Of a DNA stretch of 64,000 bases, positions 21,201-28,016 are shown piece after piece. A program made the position numbers and the translations under genes. How positions within the stretch are numbered: position 1 is the first letter of the stretch; each line of letters opens with the position of its first letter. The DNA is from an uncultured virus (IMG/VR IMGVR_UViG_3300034102_001587). Taxonomy: Duplodnaviria > Heunggongvirae > Uroviricota > Caudoviricetes. Where the stretch lies: positions 62,001-126,000 of the IMG/VR virus record IMGVR_UViG_3300034102_001587; one strand, given 5' to 3'. The notes under the pieces were generated by a model. It made no database searches, was not told the DNA's origin, and saw nothing but the letters and a program-made list of their open reading frames with translations.

Positions 21201-24200
21201 TACGCTCTAAATGCGGAAGGTGTGAATACGGCATCTTTCTTACAAGTAAACAAAGATTCTACAATAAACGCTAACTTAACAATAAGTGGAAGCTTAGGAG
21301 TTAGTGGGAGTATATATTGGGGAACTCCATATACATCATCGGCATCCGATTTAGTTGTAACATGGAATCCAACAACAAAAAAATTAGAAGCTAGAAACGT
21401 ACAACAGGCAGCGGGTACATCGGGCGTAGATGGTACAAGCGGTAGTTCGGGAACTGCTGGCACAGGAGGTACATCCGGCTCAAGTGGCTCATCCGGTTCG
21501 TCTGGCACAAGCGGCTCATCCGGCTCAAGCGGTTCAAGTGGTACATCGGGTTCTTCTGGAACTGATGGCTCAAGCGGCTCAAGCGGAAGTAGTGGTACAA
21601 GCGGCTCAAGCGGCAGTTCTGGTACAAGCGGAAGTGGTGGCACATCTGGCACATCCGGTACAAGCGGCTCAAGCGGTAGTTCGGGCTCTTCTGGCACAAG
21701 CGGTACGAGCGGCTCTTCTGGTTCTGCTGGCACAAGCGGCAGTAGTGGAAGTAGTGGTTCAAGCGGCTCAAGTGGTAGCTCAGGTTCATCAGGTTCAAGC
21801 GGAAGTAGTGGCTCAAGCGGCTCAAGTGGTACAACGGGTTCGGAAGGTACATCCGGCTCAAGCGGCTCAAGCGGAAGTAGTGGAAGTAGTGGTTCAAGCG
21901 GCTCTTCAGGTTCATCTGGAAGCTCTGGCTCTTCGGGTTCATCTGGAAGTAGTGGTAGTAGTGGTTCAAGCGGCTCAAGTGGTTCTTCGGGTTCATCTGG
22001 AAGTAGTGGAAGTAGTGGTTCAAGCGGCTCAAGCGGTTCATCAGGTTCAAGTGGAAGTGGTGGCTCAAGCGGCTCATCGGGCTCATCTGGTTCAAGCGGC
22101 AGTTCTGGTTCTTCGGGCTCATCTGGAAGTAGTGGTTCAAGCGGTTCAAGTGGCACATCGGGTACAAGCGGTACGAGCGGCTCTGCTGGTACAAGCGGTA
22201 CAAGCGGCACAAGCGGTTCATCCGGTTCAAGCGGAAGCAGTGGCTCAAGCGGTAGTGGTGGTTCATCAGGCTCAAGCGGAAGTAGTGGCTCATCAGGTTC
22301 TACTGGTACTGCTGGTTCTGGTGGTACTGCAGGTACAAGCGGCTCAAGCGGTAGTAGTGGGTCTGCAGGTTCAGCTGGCACATCTGGTTCATCCGGTTCA
22401 AGCGGAAGCAGTGGCTCAAGCGGTAGTAGTGGAAGTAGTGGTTCAAGCGGCTCTTCAGGTTCTTCTGGAAGTAGTGGCTCAAGCGGTTCATCTGGTTCAA
22501 GCGGTTCATCGGGTTCTTCTGGAAGTAGTGGTTCAAGCGGAAGCAGTGGCTCAAGCGGAAGTAGTGGAAGTGGAGGCTCAAGCGGTTCATCCGGCTCATC
22601 CGGCTCAAGCGGAAGTAGTGGCTCATCCGGCTCATCCGGTTCAAGCGGCTCTTCGGGTTCTTCTGGAAGTAGTGGTTCAAGCGGTACAACAGGTTCTAAT
22701 GGCTCAAGCGGAAGTAGTGGAAGTAGCGGTACATCAGGCTCATCGGGTTCTGATGGCTCAAGCGGAAGTAGTGGAAGTAGTGGCTCATCCGGCTCATCCG
22801 GCTCAAGCGGCTCAAGCGGAAGTAGTGGTAGTGGTGGTACGTCTGGCACTTCGGGAGAAGATGGCACATCTGGTACAGCTGGTACTGGTGGTTCAAGCGG
22901 CTCAAGCGGTATAAGTGGCTCAAGCGGTTCATCTGGTTCATCGGGCTCAGATGGTAGTTCAGGTAGTTCTGGTAGTGATGGATTAGATGGTACATCCGGT
23001 TCAAGCGGCACAACAGGCTCAGCAGGCACAAGCGGAAGTTCAGGAACTTCTGGTACAAGCGGCTCGGATGGTAGTTCGGGTTCGTCTGGTTCAAGTGGCT
23101 CGAGTGGTACAACAGGTTCTGCTGGTACAAGCGGCTCAAGCGGCAGTTCTGGCACAAGCGGAAGTGGTGGTACATCGGGTTCTTCTGGCACAAGCGGCTC
23201 AAGCGGTAGTTCGGGTTCTTCTGGCACAACAGGCTCAGCAGGTTCAAGCGGTACATCGGGTACAAGTGGCTCATCGGGTTCTGATGGCTCAAGTGGTACA
23301 AGCGGAAGCAGTGGCTCAAGCGGCACAACTGGTTCAGATGGTACAAGCGGAAGCAGTGGCTCAAGCGGTTCTGGTGGCACAAGCGGAAGCGGTGGTACAT
23401 CCGGCTCAAGCGGCTCTTCGGGTTCATCTGGTAGTAGTGGTAGTGCAGGTACTTCGGGTTCAAGCGGCTCAAGCGGTAGTGGTGGTACATCTGGTAGCGG
23501 TGGTTCATCGGGTTCAAGCGGACAAAATGGTAGTAGCGGTTCATCGGGTTCAAGCGGAACAAATGGCTCGCATGGTACAAGCGGCTCAAGTGGCTCAACT
23601 GGTAGTGATGGTACTAGTGGTAGTAATGGTACATCCGGCTCAAGCGGACAAGATGGTAGTAGTGGTTCATCGGGTTCAAGCGGCACAACGGGTTCGGCAG
23701 GTACAAGTGGTAGCTCAGGTTCTGATGGTACAAGTGGCAGTTCAGGTTTTTCTGGCTCAAGCGGAAGTAGTGGTTCAAGCGGCTCAAGCGGAAGTGGTGG
23801 TACAACAGGCTCAGCGGGTTCTTCTGGTACGTCTGGTGCAAACGGTACATTCTTTGGTTCTTCAGGAACATCTGGCAGTTCGGGTTCAAGCGGAACGGAT
23901 GGCTCATCCGGCTCATCTGGTACATCCGGTGTGAACGGAACATTCTTTGGAAGTAGTGGTTCATCGGGTTCAAGTGGTACGTCTGGAATAAGTGGCTCAA
24001 GCGGTACATCGGGTTCATCAGGAAGTTCTGGTTCAGATGGAACATCGGGAGTAAATGGCTCAAACGGTACATCTGGTCTTAATGGTACATTTTTTGGAAG
24101 TTCTGGTACATCGGGTAATGATGGAACAAGCGGCTCAACTGGTTCTGATGGCTCAAGTGGTACGGCAGGTACATCTGGTACAAGCGGCTTAAATGGTACA

Positions 24201-25913
24201 TTCTTTGGAAGTAGCGGTACAAGCGGCTCAAGTGGTTCAAGCGGCTCGAGCGGCTCATCCGGTACAACAGGAACTTCTGGTACAAGCGGCTTAAATGGTA
24301 CATTCTTTGGCTCATCGGGCTCATCTGGAAGTAGCGGTACAAGCGGTACATCTGGACAAAATGGCACGGATGGTACGACAGGAAGTGGAGGCTCAAGTGG
24401 TAGTGGAGGAACATCAGGTACAAGCGGCTCAAGCGGCTTAAATGGTACTTATTTTGGTTCTTCAGGAACTTCTGGATTAAGCGGCTCATCCGGTTCAACG
24501 GGCACAGATGGTTCTAGCGGTTCTTCTGGTACTTCGGGATTAAACGGAACATTCTTTGGAAGTTCGGGTTCAAGTGGTACAAGCGGCACAAGCGGTTCAA
24601 GCGGATTAAATGGAACATCAGGAGATGATGGTAGTTCTGGCACAGCGGGCACATCAGGTACATCTGGTCTTAATGGTACATTCTTTGGAAGTAGTGGTAC
24701 AAGCGGCACAAGCGGAGAAAGTGGTACAAGCGGTTTAACTGGTTCAGCAGGTACTACGGGCTCAGCTGGTACATCTGGTAGTTCTGGTCTTAACGGAACA
24801 TTCTTTGGAAGTTCGGGAACATCGGGTACGTCTGGAGAATCGGGTTCGGCTGGTACAAGCGGCTCTAGCGGTTCTTCTGGTAGTTCGGGTCTTAATGGTA
24901 CATTCTTTGGTTCATCAGGCTCAAGTGGTACAAGTGGAGAAAGTGGTACAAGCGGTACAAGCGGTCAAACTGGCACAGCAGGTACATCCGGCTCAAGCGG
25001 TCTTAATGGAACATTCTTTGGAAGTAGTGGTTCAAGCGGCTCAAGTGGTACAAGTGGTTCTGGTACAAGCGGCACAAGTGGCATATCGGGAACTTCTGGT
25101 ACAAGCGGTCTTAATGGTACATTCTTCGGTTCATCTGGTTCATCGGGTAGTAGTGGTACTTCTGGAGCTGGTACATCGGGCACAAGCGGCGTAAGTGGCT
25201 CAAGCGGAACTTCTGGTCTTAATGGTACATTCTTTGGAAGCAGTGGCTCAAGCGGCTCAAGCGGTACTTCTGGAGCTGGAACATCAGGTACAAGCGGCTC
25301 AAGCGGAACTTCTGGTCTTAATGGTACATTCTTTGGAAGCTCAGGTTCATCTGGTTCAAGTGGCACAAGCGGAAGTAGTGGAATTAATGGTACTGTTGGT
25401 TCTGATGGCTCAAGTGGTACAAGCGGAAGTAGTGGCTCAAGCGGATTCTTAGGATTAACTGGAACAACTGATAATGGTGTATTAACTTACATAAATTCAA
25501 CTGGGGCTGGACAAGTTGAAGCTAATTTAACATTTGATGGAACTACACTTTCAGTAACTGGTGGAATAAACGCTACAACAAATATTACATCAACAACTTA
25601 TCGTGAAACATATTCGGATTTAGGAACGGGTGGTAGTGTTACAATAGATTTAGCAACAGCAAATAACTTTAGAAGACAATTTAATGGAAATGCAACTATT
25701 ACATTAAGTAATCCACCAGCATCCAATGCATTTGGATTTACATTGGTATCCGTAAATGGCGGAGCATATACAATAACATGGCCAGCATCAATAAATTGGG
25801 CTAATGGAGTTGCTCCAACATTAACAACTTCTGGTACAGATATTTTAGTATTTTATACTTATGATGCAGGAAGTAACTATTGGGGATTCCTATCAGCAGC
25901 AAATATGAGCTAA
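12294..25913 (+). CDS. Giant tail-fibre/appendage protein: RIASGS repeats, cupredoxin domain, ~1340-aa Gly-Ser-Ser tract and C-terminal beta-sandwich tip
   Basis: 4539-aa ORF. The repeats are visible directly. The C-terminal TIDLATANNF...TITWPASINWANGVAPTLT.SGTDILVFYT.DAG is a common phage fibre-tip domain. Confidence 0.8.
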   Translation: MAISNLLSGRVRLKGPKNVTADRYEFVDLSQVEPNLGVPDFPASFDSGSVGILASDSDGNRRFIKDIKIDTAQGNFTGSFSGSALLSGLFTGSFTGSFSGDGSLLTNIPAVVAPKIASGSATASISPDKGLAVNTFTTINGNLTVTGSARITEDLIVENSIYAEQLIVSYISSSVIYSSGSNKFGDEETDKQEFTGSVEVRDRLSTNQLTASSAIGSFTGSFFGDGRDLINVQSAIESAILASGSVTASVVGDLLIINAQSASFLGGVQITGSLRLTTGSVIVESGSIISRTATIDSLTVSSASGSFTGSFSGDGSQLTNVPSTVAPRIASGSATASIAPNTGLLVNTGVTIKDFLIVTGSAEFKSTVSASMFTGSGAGLFDIPLNALAQEAFRIASGSVTASVSPNRGFEVISATSNFSGSVSASVFSGSGEGLFNIPLAAFTQEVFRIASGSVTASVSPDEGFRVQSLDSGSQFTGSVSISGSLFVNAESGSLQLASGSAYYGEGTYLRNIPRSALTEDALLSTEIKSGSVTASVSPDFGFRVISQDSGSQITGSVRITGSLYVESGSFFYGDGSGLTNISLANLSIDSTKIFSGSATASIAPDNGFVVNVDSRITGSLFVSESIFARFFVGDGSQLTNVPSTVAPRIASGSVTASVSPNFGFRVESLESGSQFTGSINVSGSISIPSGSGFFSGSGEGLFNIPQAALSFEINRIASGSATASIAPNTGLLVNTGVTIRDFLIVTGSSILNKVSASFFSGSGRDLFDIPQSALSFEITKISTGSVTASVSPEFGFKVESLASGSEFTGSIDVSGSIFIPKGAGFFSGSGIGLFDIPQSALAFEITKISSGSVTASVSPDFGFKVESLESGSQFTGSLIVSGNIQVATGSFFSGSGRGLLDIPRSALAPDALVSNLIASGSATASISSERGLEINTNVVLSASVFYSGSGAGLFNIPLNALANEAFRIATGSITASVSLDKGFVVDSALSGSEFTGSVEISGSLSASLFRGDGGGLFNIPFSAFTGDVPRIASGSVTASVSPEVGFKVISALSGSEFTGSIDVSGSVSIISGSYFIGDGRYINNIQLSELAGKSYLLESASFSASFILGTGLVVNTLVSASKFSGSGAGLFDIPLSALATEAFRIASGSATASISPQKGFEVTTFTTINGYLFVTNSITTIEDVKALGIMTASLFRGDGSGLFNLQIEQASKLVSGSVTASVSPNVGFYVNSNATIEGGLYVSASSKLQGLEVTGSVGVKGSQRITNDLYVDGKIVTTELIAEYISSSIIYSSGSNKFGDSATDKQEVTGSLEVKGDIRVASGSSFSGSGAQLFDIPQSALAFEINRIASGSATASISPDFGLEVNTVVSASAFSGSGRDLFNIPISAFSQEVFRIASGSATASVSPDFGFKVESLASGSQFTGSLIVSGNIQAATGSFFSGSGAGLKDIPRSALSFELTSIATGSVTASVTPEFGFRVESLGSGSQFTGSVIVSGIVQVATGSFFSGSGAGLKDIPRSALTEDALVTTEIKSGSVTASVSPDFGFKVESLASGSQFTGSVNISGSLFVNPYSGSLQLATGSSYYGEGRYLREIPKSAISDLDTSLIFSGSATASISPAQGFRVNTFSTFLFPVSASMFTGSGAGLYDIPRSAFTGDSFRIASGSVTASVSPTEGFRVESSEFGSQITGSLFVSGAKGIELSSGSSFSGSGERLFDIPKTAIKDLDLSKIFSGSATASISPDKGLEVNVNIVLSSSVFYSGSGIGLFDIPQSALSGDAFRIASGSATASISPTKGFEVNTFSKITGSLLVSASNTLIYSGSALGEEFRTFNVSNNGASAYTFSGAATGSNPTLTLLRGATYTFNVNASGHPFWIKTIQVSGPTNSYNDGVINNGDDVGVITFTPPSGSPSTLYYICQFHSGMSGIMNLTDALVIDEGRLDFIGNTKITGSLSVSSYVSASMFTGSGKGLYDIPISALAQDVFRIASGSATASISPDKGLEVNTVVSASAFSGSGRDLRDIPFSNLTGDASRIASGSVTASVSPNFGFLVNADAQISGGLFVSQSSILTNLDVIGYVGITGSANIQNDLYVGGKIVTTELFAQYISSSIIYSSGSNKFGDSESDKQEISGSLFISGGYGGVVQLETGSYFSGSGKGLFEIPFSNLTGDAFRIASGSVTASVSPAYGFRVESIDSGSDFFGDVRIDGDLLVSGAQFQNNVDINGELRVTGSLIVSSSSTFRNIGPAQFSGSLFVTGGNVVVESGSSFIGDGTFITNIQFASSSIESLRLSSGSVTASVSPDGFIVNTPFTGGLIGSQFTGSVGVSGSLYVTNFIYGDGTFLTNVTAQAAPRIQSGSVTASVSPNFGFRVETLATGSQIGSQFTGSIDVSGSVTAQFLIGDGTFITNVTAQAAPRISSGSVTASVSPNFGFRVQTTATGSQIGSQFTGSIDVSGSVTAFAFIGDGSQITNVQAAAAPRIQSGSVTASVAPNQGFIVTSIESGSFFFGDVRVASGSVFSGSGAQLFDIPLSALEDLQLDRIQSGSGRAIQSPDTLEVNTPITAALYRGDGGGLFNIPANALQDLKLDRIESGSARAVISPTLLDINTNTRIHSGSLTVSGSIFVSGGNVIAQSGSIFIGDGSGLNNITIANLAFDAFLLKSGSFTASISPDKGFVVNTSASIWGNLYVGNTITASNTIKAHLFTGSFLGTYNFQGVGPTASAEYDILRYNTTQGYFIPQPESSLTETVAFSNVSDLTIVHNLDILYPMVQVYATGSEDQILPGTIKSIDKNTINIKFAGVTSGHVVIGSGGSLISGTINGDRVFGTVLSASHAIFADSAGNVAGFDSASLAFLSSSITNLNLADYVKNDQTSSMTVLSASYALSSSYALFAANAANVDTSLFVQASQTASMTVGTASFAVTSSYSYFAETSSYALFAQNASNVDTSNFVLNSQTASMTVGTASLAFTASYALYALNAEGVNTASFLQVNKDSTINANLTISGSLGVSGSIYWGTPYTSSASDLVVTWNPTTKKLEARNVQQAAGTSGVDGTSGSSGTAGTGGTSGSSGSSGSSGTSGSSGSSGSSGTSGSSGTDGSSGSSGSSGTSGSSGSSGTSGSGGTSGTSGTSGSSGSSGSSGTSGTSGSSGSAGTSGSSGSSGSSGSSGSSGSSGSSGSSGSSGSSGTTGSEGTSGSSGSSGSSGSSGSSGSSGSSGSSGSSGSSGSSGSSGSSGSSGSSGSSGSSGSSGSSGSSGSSGSSGSGGSSGSSGSSGSSGSSGSSGSSGSSGSSGSSGTSGTSGTSGSAGTSGTSGTSGSSGSSGSSGSSGSGGSSGSSGSSGSSGSTGTAGSGGTAGTSGSSGSSGSAGSAGTSGSSGSSGSSGSSGSSGSSGSSGSSGSSGSSGSSGSSGSSGSSGSSGSSGSSGSSGSSGSSGSGGSSGSSGSSGSSGSSGSSGSSGSSGSSGSSGSSGSSGTTGSNGSSGSSGSSGTSGSSGSDGSSGSSGSSGSSGSSGSSGSSGSSGSGGTSGTSGEDGTSGTAGTGGSSGSSGISGSSGSSGSSGSDGSSGSSGSDGLDGTSGSSGTTGSAGTSGSSGTSGTSGSDGSSGSSGSSGSSGTTGSAGTSGSSGSSGTSGSGGTSGSSGTSGSSGSSGSSGTTGSAGSSGTSGTSGSSGSDGSSGTSGSSGSSGTTGSDGTSGSSGSSGSGGTSGSGGTSGSSGSSGSSGSSGSAGTSGSSGSSGSGGTSGSGGSSGSSGQNGSSGSSGSSGTNGSHGTSGSSGSTGSDGTSGSNGTSGSSGQDGSSGSSGSSGTTGSAGTSGSSGSDGTSGSSGFSGSSGSSGSSGSSGSGGTTGSAGSSGTSGANGTFFGSSGTSGSSGSSGTDGSSGSSGTSGVNGTFFGSSGSSGSSGTSGISGSSGTSGSSGSSGSDGTSGVNGSNGTSGLNGTFFGSSGTSGNDGTSGSTGSDGSSGTAGTSGTSGLNGTFFGSSGTSGSSGSSGSSGSSGTTGTSGTSGLNGTFFGSSGSSGSSGTSGTSGQNGTDGTTGSGGSSGSGGTSGTSGSSGLNGTYFGSSGTSGLSGSSGSTGTDGSSGSSGTSGLNGTFFGSSGSSGTSGTSGSSGLNGTSGDDGSSGTAGTSGTSGLNGTFFGSSGTSGTSGESGTSGLTGSAGTTGSAGTSGSSGLNGTFFGSSGTSGTSGESGSAGTSGSSGSSGSSGLNGTFFGSSGSSGTSGESGTSGTSGQTGTAGTSGSSGLNGTFFGSSGSSGSSGTSGSGTSGTSGISGTSGTSGLNGTFFGSSGSSGSSGTSGAGTSGTSGVSGSSGTSGLNGTFFGSSGSSGSSGTSGAGTSGTSGSSGTSGLNGTFFGSSGSSGSSGTSGSSGINGTVGSDGSSGTSGSSGSSGFLGLTGTTDNGVLTYINSTGAGQVEANLTFDGTTLSVTGGINATTNITSTTYRETYSDLGTGGSVTIDLATANNFRRQFNGNATITLSNPPASNAFGFTLVSVNGGAYTITWPASINWANGVAPTLTTSGTDILVFYTYDAGSNYWGFLSAANMS
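12500..20420 (+). repeat. Dozens of ~35-60-aa repeats (RIASGSVTASVSPxxGFxV...FTGS...FSGSGxGLFDIP)
   Basis: Seen in the translation and as near-identical DNA blocks, e.g. 13231-13290 vs 14193-14252 and 16521-16570 vs 16925-16975. Confidence 0.9.
21414..25446 (+). repeat. (Gly-Ser/Thr-Ser)n collagen-register low-complexity tract
   Basis: Built from 9-nt units such as ggctcaagc, ggttcaagc, ggaagtagt and ggtacaagc; Gly at every third residue; locally GC-rich. Confidence 0.95.
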
Positions 25914-25914
25914 T

Positions 25915-26787
25915 ATGAGTATTTGGAGAAGATTAACAACATCAGCAGGTGAGCAAGAACCATTTGAATTTACAATTCAAACAACAACATCAAATCAAAA
26001 TTTTACTTTACCAATTTTTGATTACGGTTCTTTTACACCTAATTTATTTGTAGATTGGGGTGATGGTAATGATGATACAATAACATCATCTACACAAGTA
26101 GAAAAAACACATACATATGCAACTGCAGGAACATATACAATTTCTATATTAGGATTTATGCCTTCATTTAGAGTAGCTAATAATTCGGCAATTCGTACAA
26201 TGATTAAAACAATTATAAATTGGGGTGATGTTGGTTTAAGAGAAATTAATTTTAATGGATGTTCTTCGATTACATCTATGCCTGCTGGATATTCTGGATT
26301 AGCATTTGTAGAAAATTTTGCAACATTTATGAGAGGTACAGCATTAACATCTATACCATCTGATATATTTAATTATTCAACAAACGCCACAAATTTTACA
26401 GACGTATTTTCAGCAATAACAGCATTAACTACTATACCAAGTGGTTTATTTAATAATAATGTAAATGCAACAACATTTGCATCAGCATTCAATGGTTGTA
26501 TTAATTTAGCAACATATCCATCAACATTATTTGATACAAACATAAATGTTGTAAACTTTTCATCAACATTCAGAGCATGTCGTTCATTAACAAGTTGTTT
26601 ATCGTTTACATTTAATACATCTGTTACAACATTTGCTAATTTGTATTATATGAATACAACAACAAATGCTTTAGATGGTAATGCACCAACTTTATGGACT
26701 AGGAGTCCAGAACCATATGGTTTTAGGGCATTTTTTAATTGTACCGGATTGGATAATTACGCATCAATACCTTCAAATTGGAAATAA
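25915..26787 (+). CDS. PKD-domain plus BspA/DUF285-like leucine-rich surface-repeat protein (putative receptor-binding accessory)
   Basis: VDWGDG...HTYATAGTYTISI (PKD-like) followed by ~25-aa repeats of the type LTSIPSDIFNYSTNATNFTDVF. Confidence 0.7.
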   Translation: MSIWRRLTTSAGEQEPFEFTIQTTTSNQNFTLPIFDYGSFTPNLFVDWGDGNDDTITSSTQVEKTHTYATAGTYTISILGFMPSFRVANNSAIRTMIKTIINWGDVGLREINFNGCSSITSMPAGYSGLAFVENFATFMRGTALTSIPSDIFNYSTNATNFTDVFSAITALTTIPSGLFNNNVNATTFASAFNGCINLATYPSTLFDTNINVVNFSSTFRACRSLTSCLSFTFNTSVTTFANLYYMNTTTNALDGNAPTLWTRSPEPYGFRAFFNCTGLDNYASIPSNWK

Positions 26788-26789
26788 TT

Positions 26790-27233
26790 ATGTATTTAAG
26801 AATTATAAATAATGTAATTAATTATCCTTACTCTTTACAAAAATTAAGAGAAGATAATATTCGAGTTAGCTTTCCATCTGAAATATCAGAAAACTTAATG
26901 AACGAATGGGATATTCACGAAGTAAGAGCAACACCAAAGCCAAGCGATTATACAAAAAATATTTCTGAAGAAACTCCAATATTAGTTGATGGAATTTATT
27001 ATCAAAATTGGATTCAAACAGATGCAACACAATCTGAAATAGATTTAAGAATATCTGATAAGTGGGATGTGGTTAGAGACCAAAGAAATACTTTACTTCA
27101 AGAATGTGATTGGACTCAATTAGCTGATATTCCTCAAGAAACAAAAGATTTGTGGAGTACATATAGACAACAATTAAGAGATATTACAACCCAATCTAAT
27201 CCATATTCCATAACTTGGCCTGTAAAACCATAA
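26790..27233 (+). CDS. Tail fibre assembly chaperone
   Basis: C-terminal RNTLLQECDWTQLAD...WSTYRQQLRDIT...WPVKP is the typical motif. ATG 26790 is preferred over the track's TTG 26778, which overlaps the upstream gene. Confidence 0.8.
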   Translation: MYLRIINNVINYPYSLQKLREDNIRVSFPSEISENLMNEWDIHEVRATPKPSDYTKNISEETPILVDGIYYQNWIQTDATQSEIDLRISDKWDVVRDQRNTLLQECDWTQLADIPQETKDLWSTYRQQLRDITTQSNPYSITWPVKP

Positions 27234-27248
27234 AAGAGAAATAATTTA

Positions 27249-27256
27249 TATTTATA
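27249..27256 (+). promoter_or_regulatory. TATTTATA candidate late promoter
   Basis: Recurrent intergenic motif, 28 nt before ATG 27285. Confidence 0.5.
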
Positions 27257-27284
27257 CCTATACGAAAAAATAGAGTAAATATAG

Positions 27285-27656
27285 ATGGTTATCCACAGTC
27301 CCATATTTTCAGGTTCAATAATTCAAGACAAAAATAACGCTTATGCGGACCTAAGTGGTTCGTTTACAGGTTCTTTTACAGGTTCTTTTACTGGAGATAT
27401 AAATGTACAAAGAGCAGAATTTCAAGTTCTTAAAGTAACATCTTTAACAACTTTGAGCGGTTCTTTGTTGGTTACTGGTTCTCAAAATATTTATGGTGGA
27501 GTAAACATCACTGGTTCGTTAAATGTTAATGGAAACACTAGATTAAGCGGTTCTGCGCAAATGACAGGTTCTATTAATTTAACAAATGGTGGTTTTTTGG
27601 TTGATGGAACAAACGTATTAGATTCCGCTATAGCATTTGCAATAGCGTTAGGATAA
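27285..27656 (+). CDS. Small fibre-associated structural protein
   Basis: 123 aa; SGSFTGSFTGSF motif shared with the giant fibres; C-terminal AIAFAIALG. Confidence 0.7.
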   Translation: MVIHSPIFSGSIIQDKNNAYADLSGSFTGSFTGSFTGDINVQRAEFQVLKVTSLTTLSGSLLVTGSQNIYGGVNITGSLNVNGNTRLSGSAQMTGSINLTNGGFLVDGTNVLDSAIAFAIALG

Positions 27657-27668
27657 AATTAAAATTGA

Positions 27669-28001
27669 ATGGCAAACTTATTTAAAAATAGCTTACAAAG
27701 TTCAATAGGTACAACGGGAGTAGTAGCTTATACATCACCGGCAGTAACAACAGCAACAGTGATTGGTGTTAGTGTTGCTAATATTAATACATCAAATATT
27801 AATGTAAGTGTTATGTTAAGAGATGTATCTGCAAATAGAACTGTACACTTAGTAAGAAATGCTTTAATTACACCTGGTGGTACTGCGGTATTAGTTGGTG
27901 GTGAGCAAAAAGTTGTTATGGAAGCCGGAGATTTTTTATCGGTAACATCATCATTAGCAGCATCTGCTGATGTAATTGTTTCGGTATTGGAAATTAGTTA
28001 A
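27669..28001 (+). CDS. Small beta-rich virion protein
   Basis: 110 aa; MANLFKN...KVVMEAGD...VSVLEIS, a type often seen next to fibre genes in large phages. Confidence 0.7.
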   Translation: MANLFKNSLQSSIGTTGVVAYTSPAVTTATVIGVSVANINTSNINVSVMLRDVSANRTVHLVRNALITPGGTAVLVGGEQKVVMEAGDFLSVTSSLAASADVIVSVLEIS

Positions 28002-28016
28002 TTAAACTAGAAATTG

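Noticed and set aside
21414..25446. Possible CRISPR array or satellite DNA
   Set aside because: The repeats are in-frame 9-mers with synonymous variation inside a CDS; there is no constant repeat with unique spacers.
21080..25452. Long antisense and alternate-frame ORFs (e.g. the 1095-aa Pro/Leu/Glu-rich ORF at 21080..24367 on the minus strand, and QAAQA-rich + frames)
   Set aside because: Shadows of the GSS codon repeats, which lack stops in the other frames; no independent expression signals or domain features.
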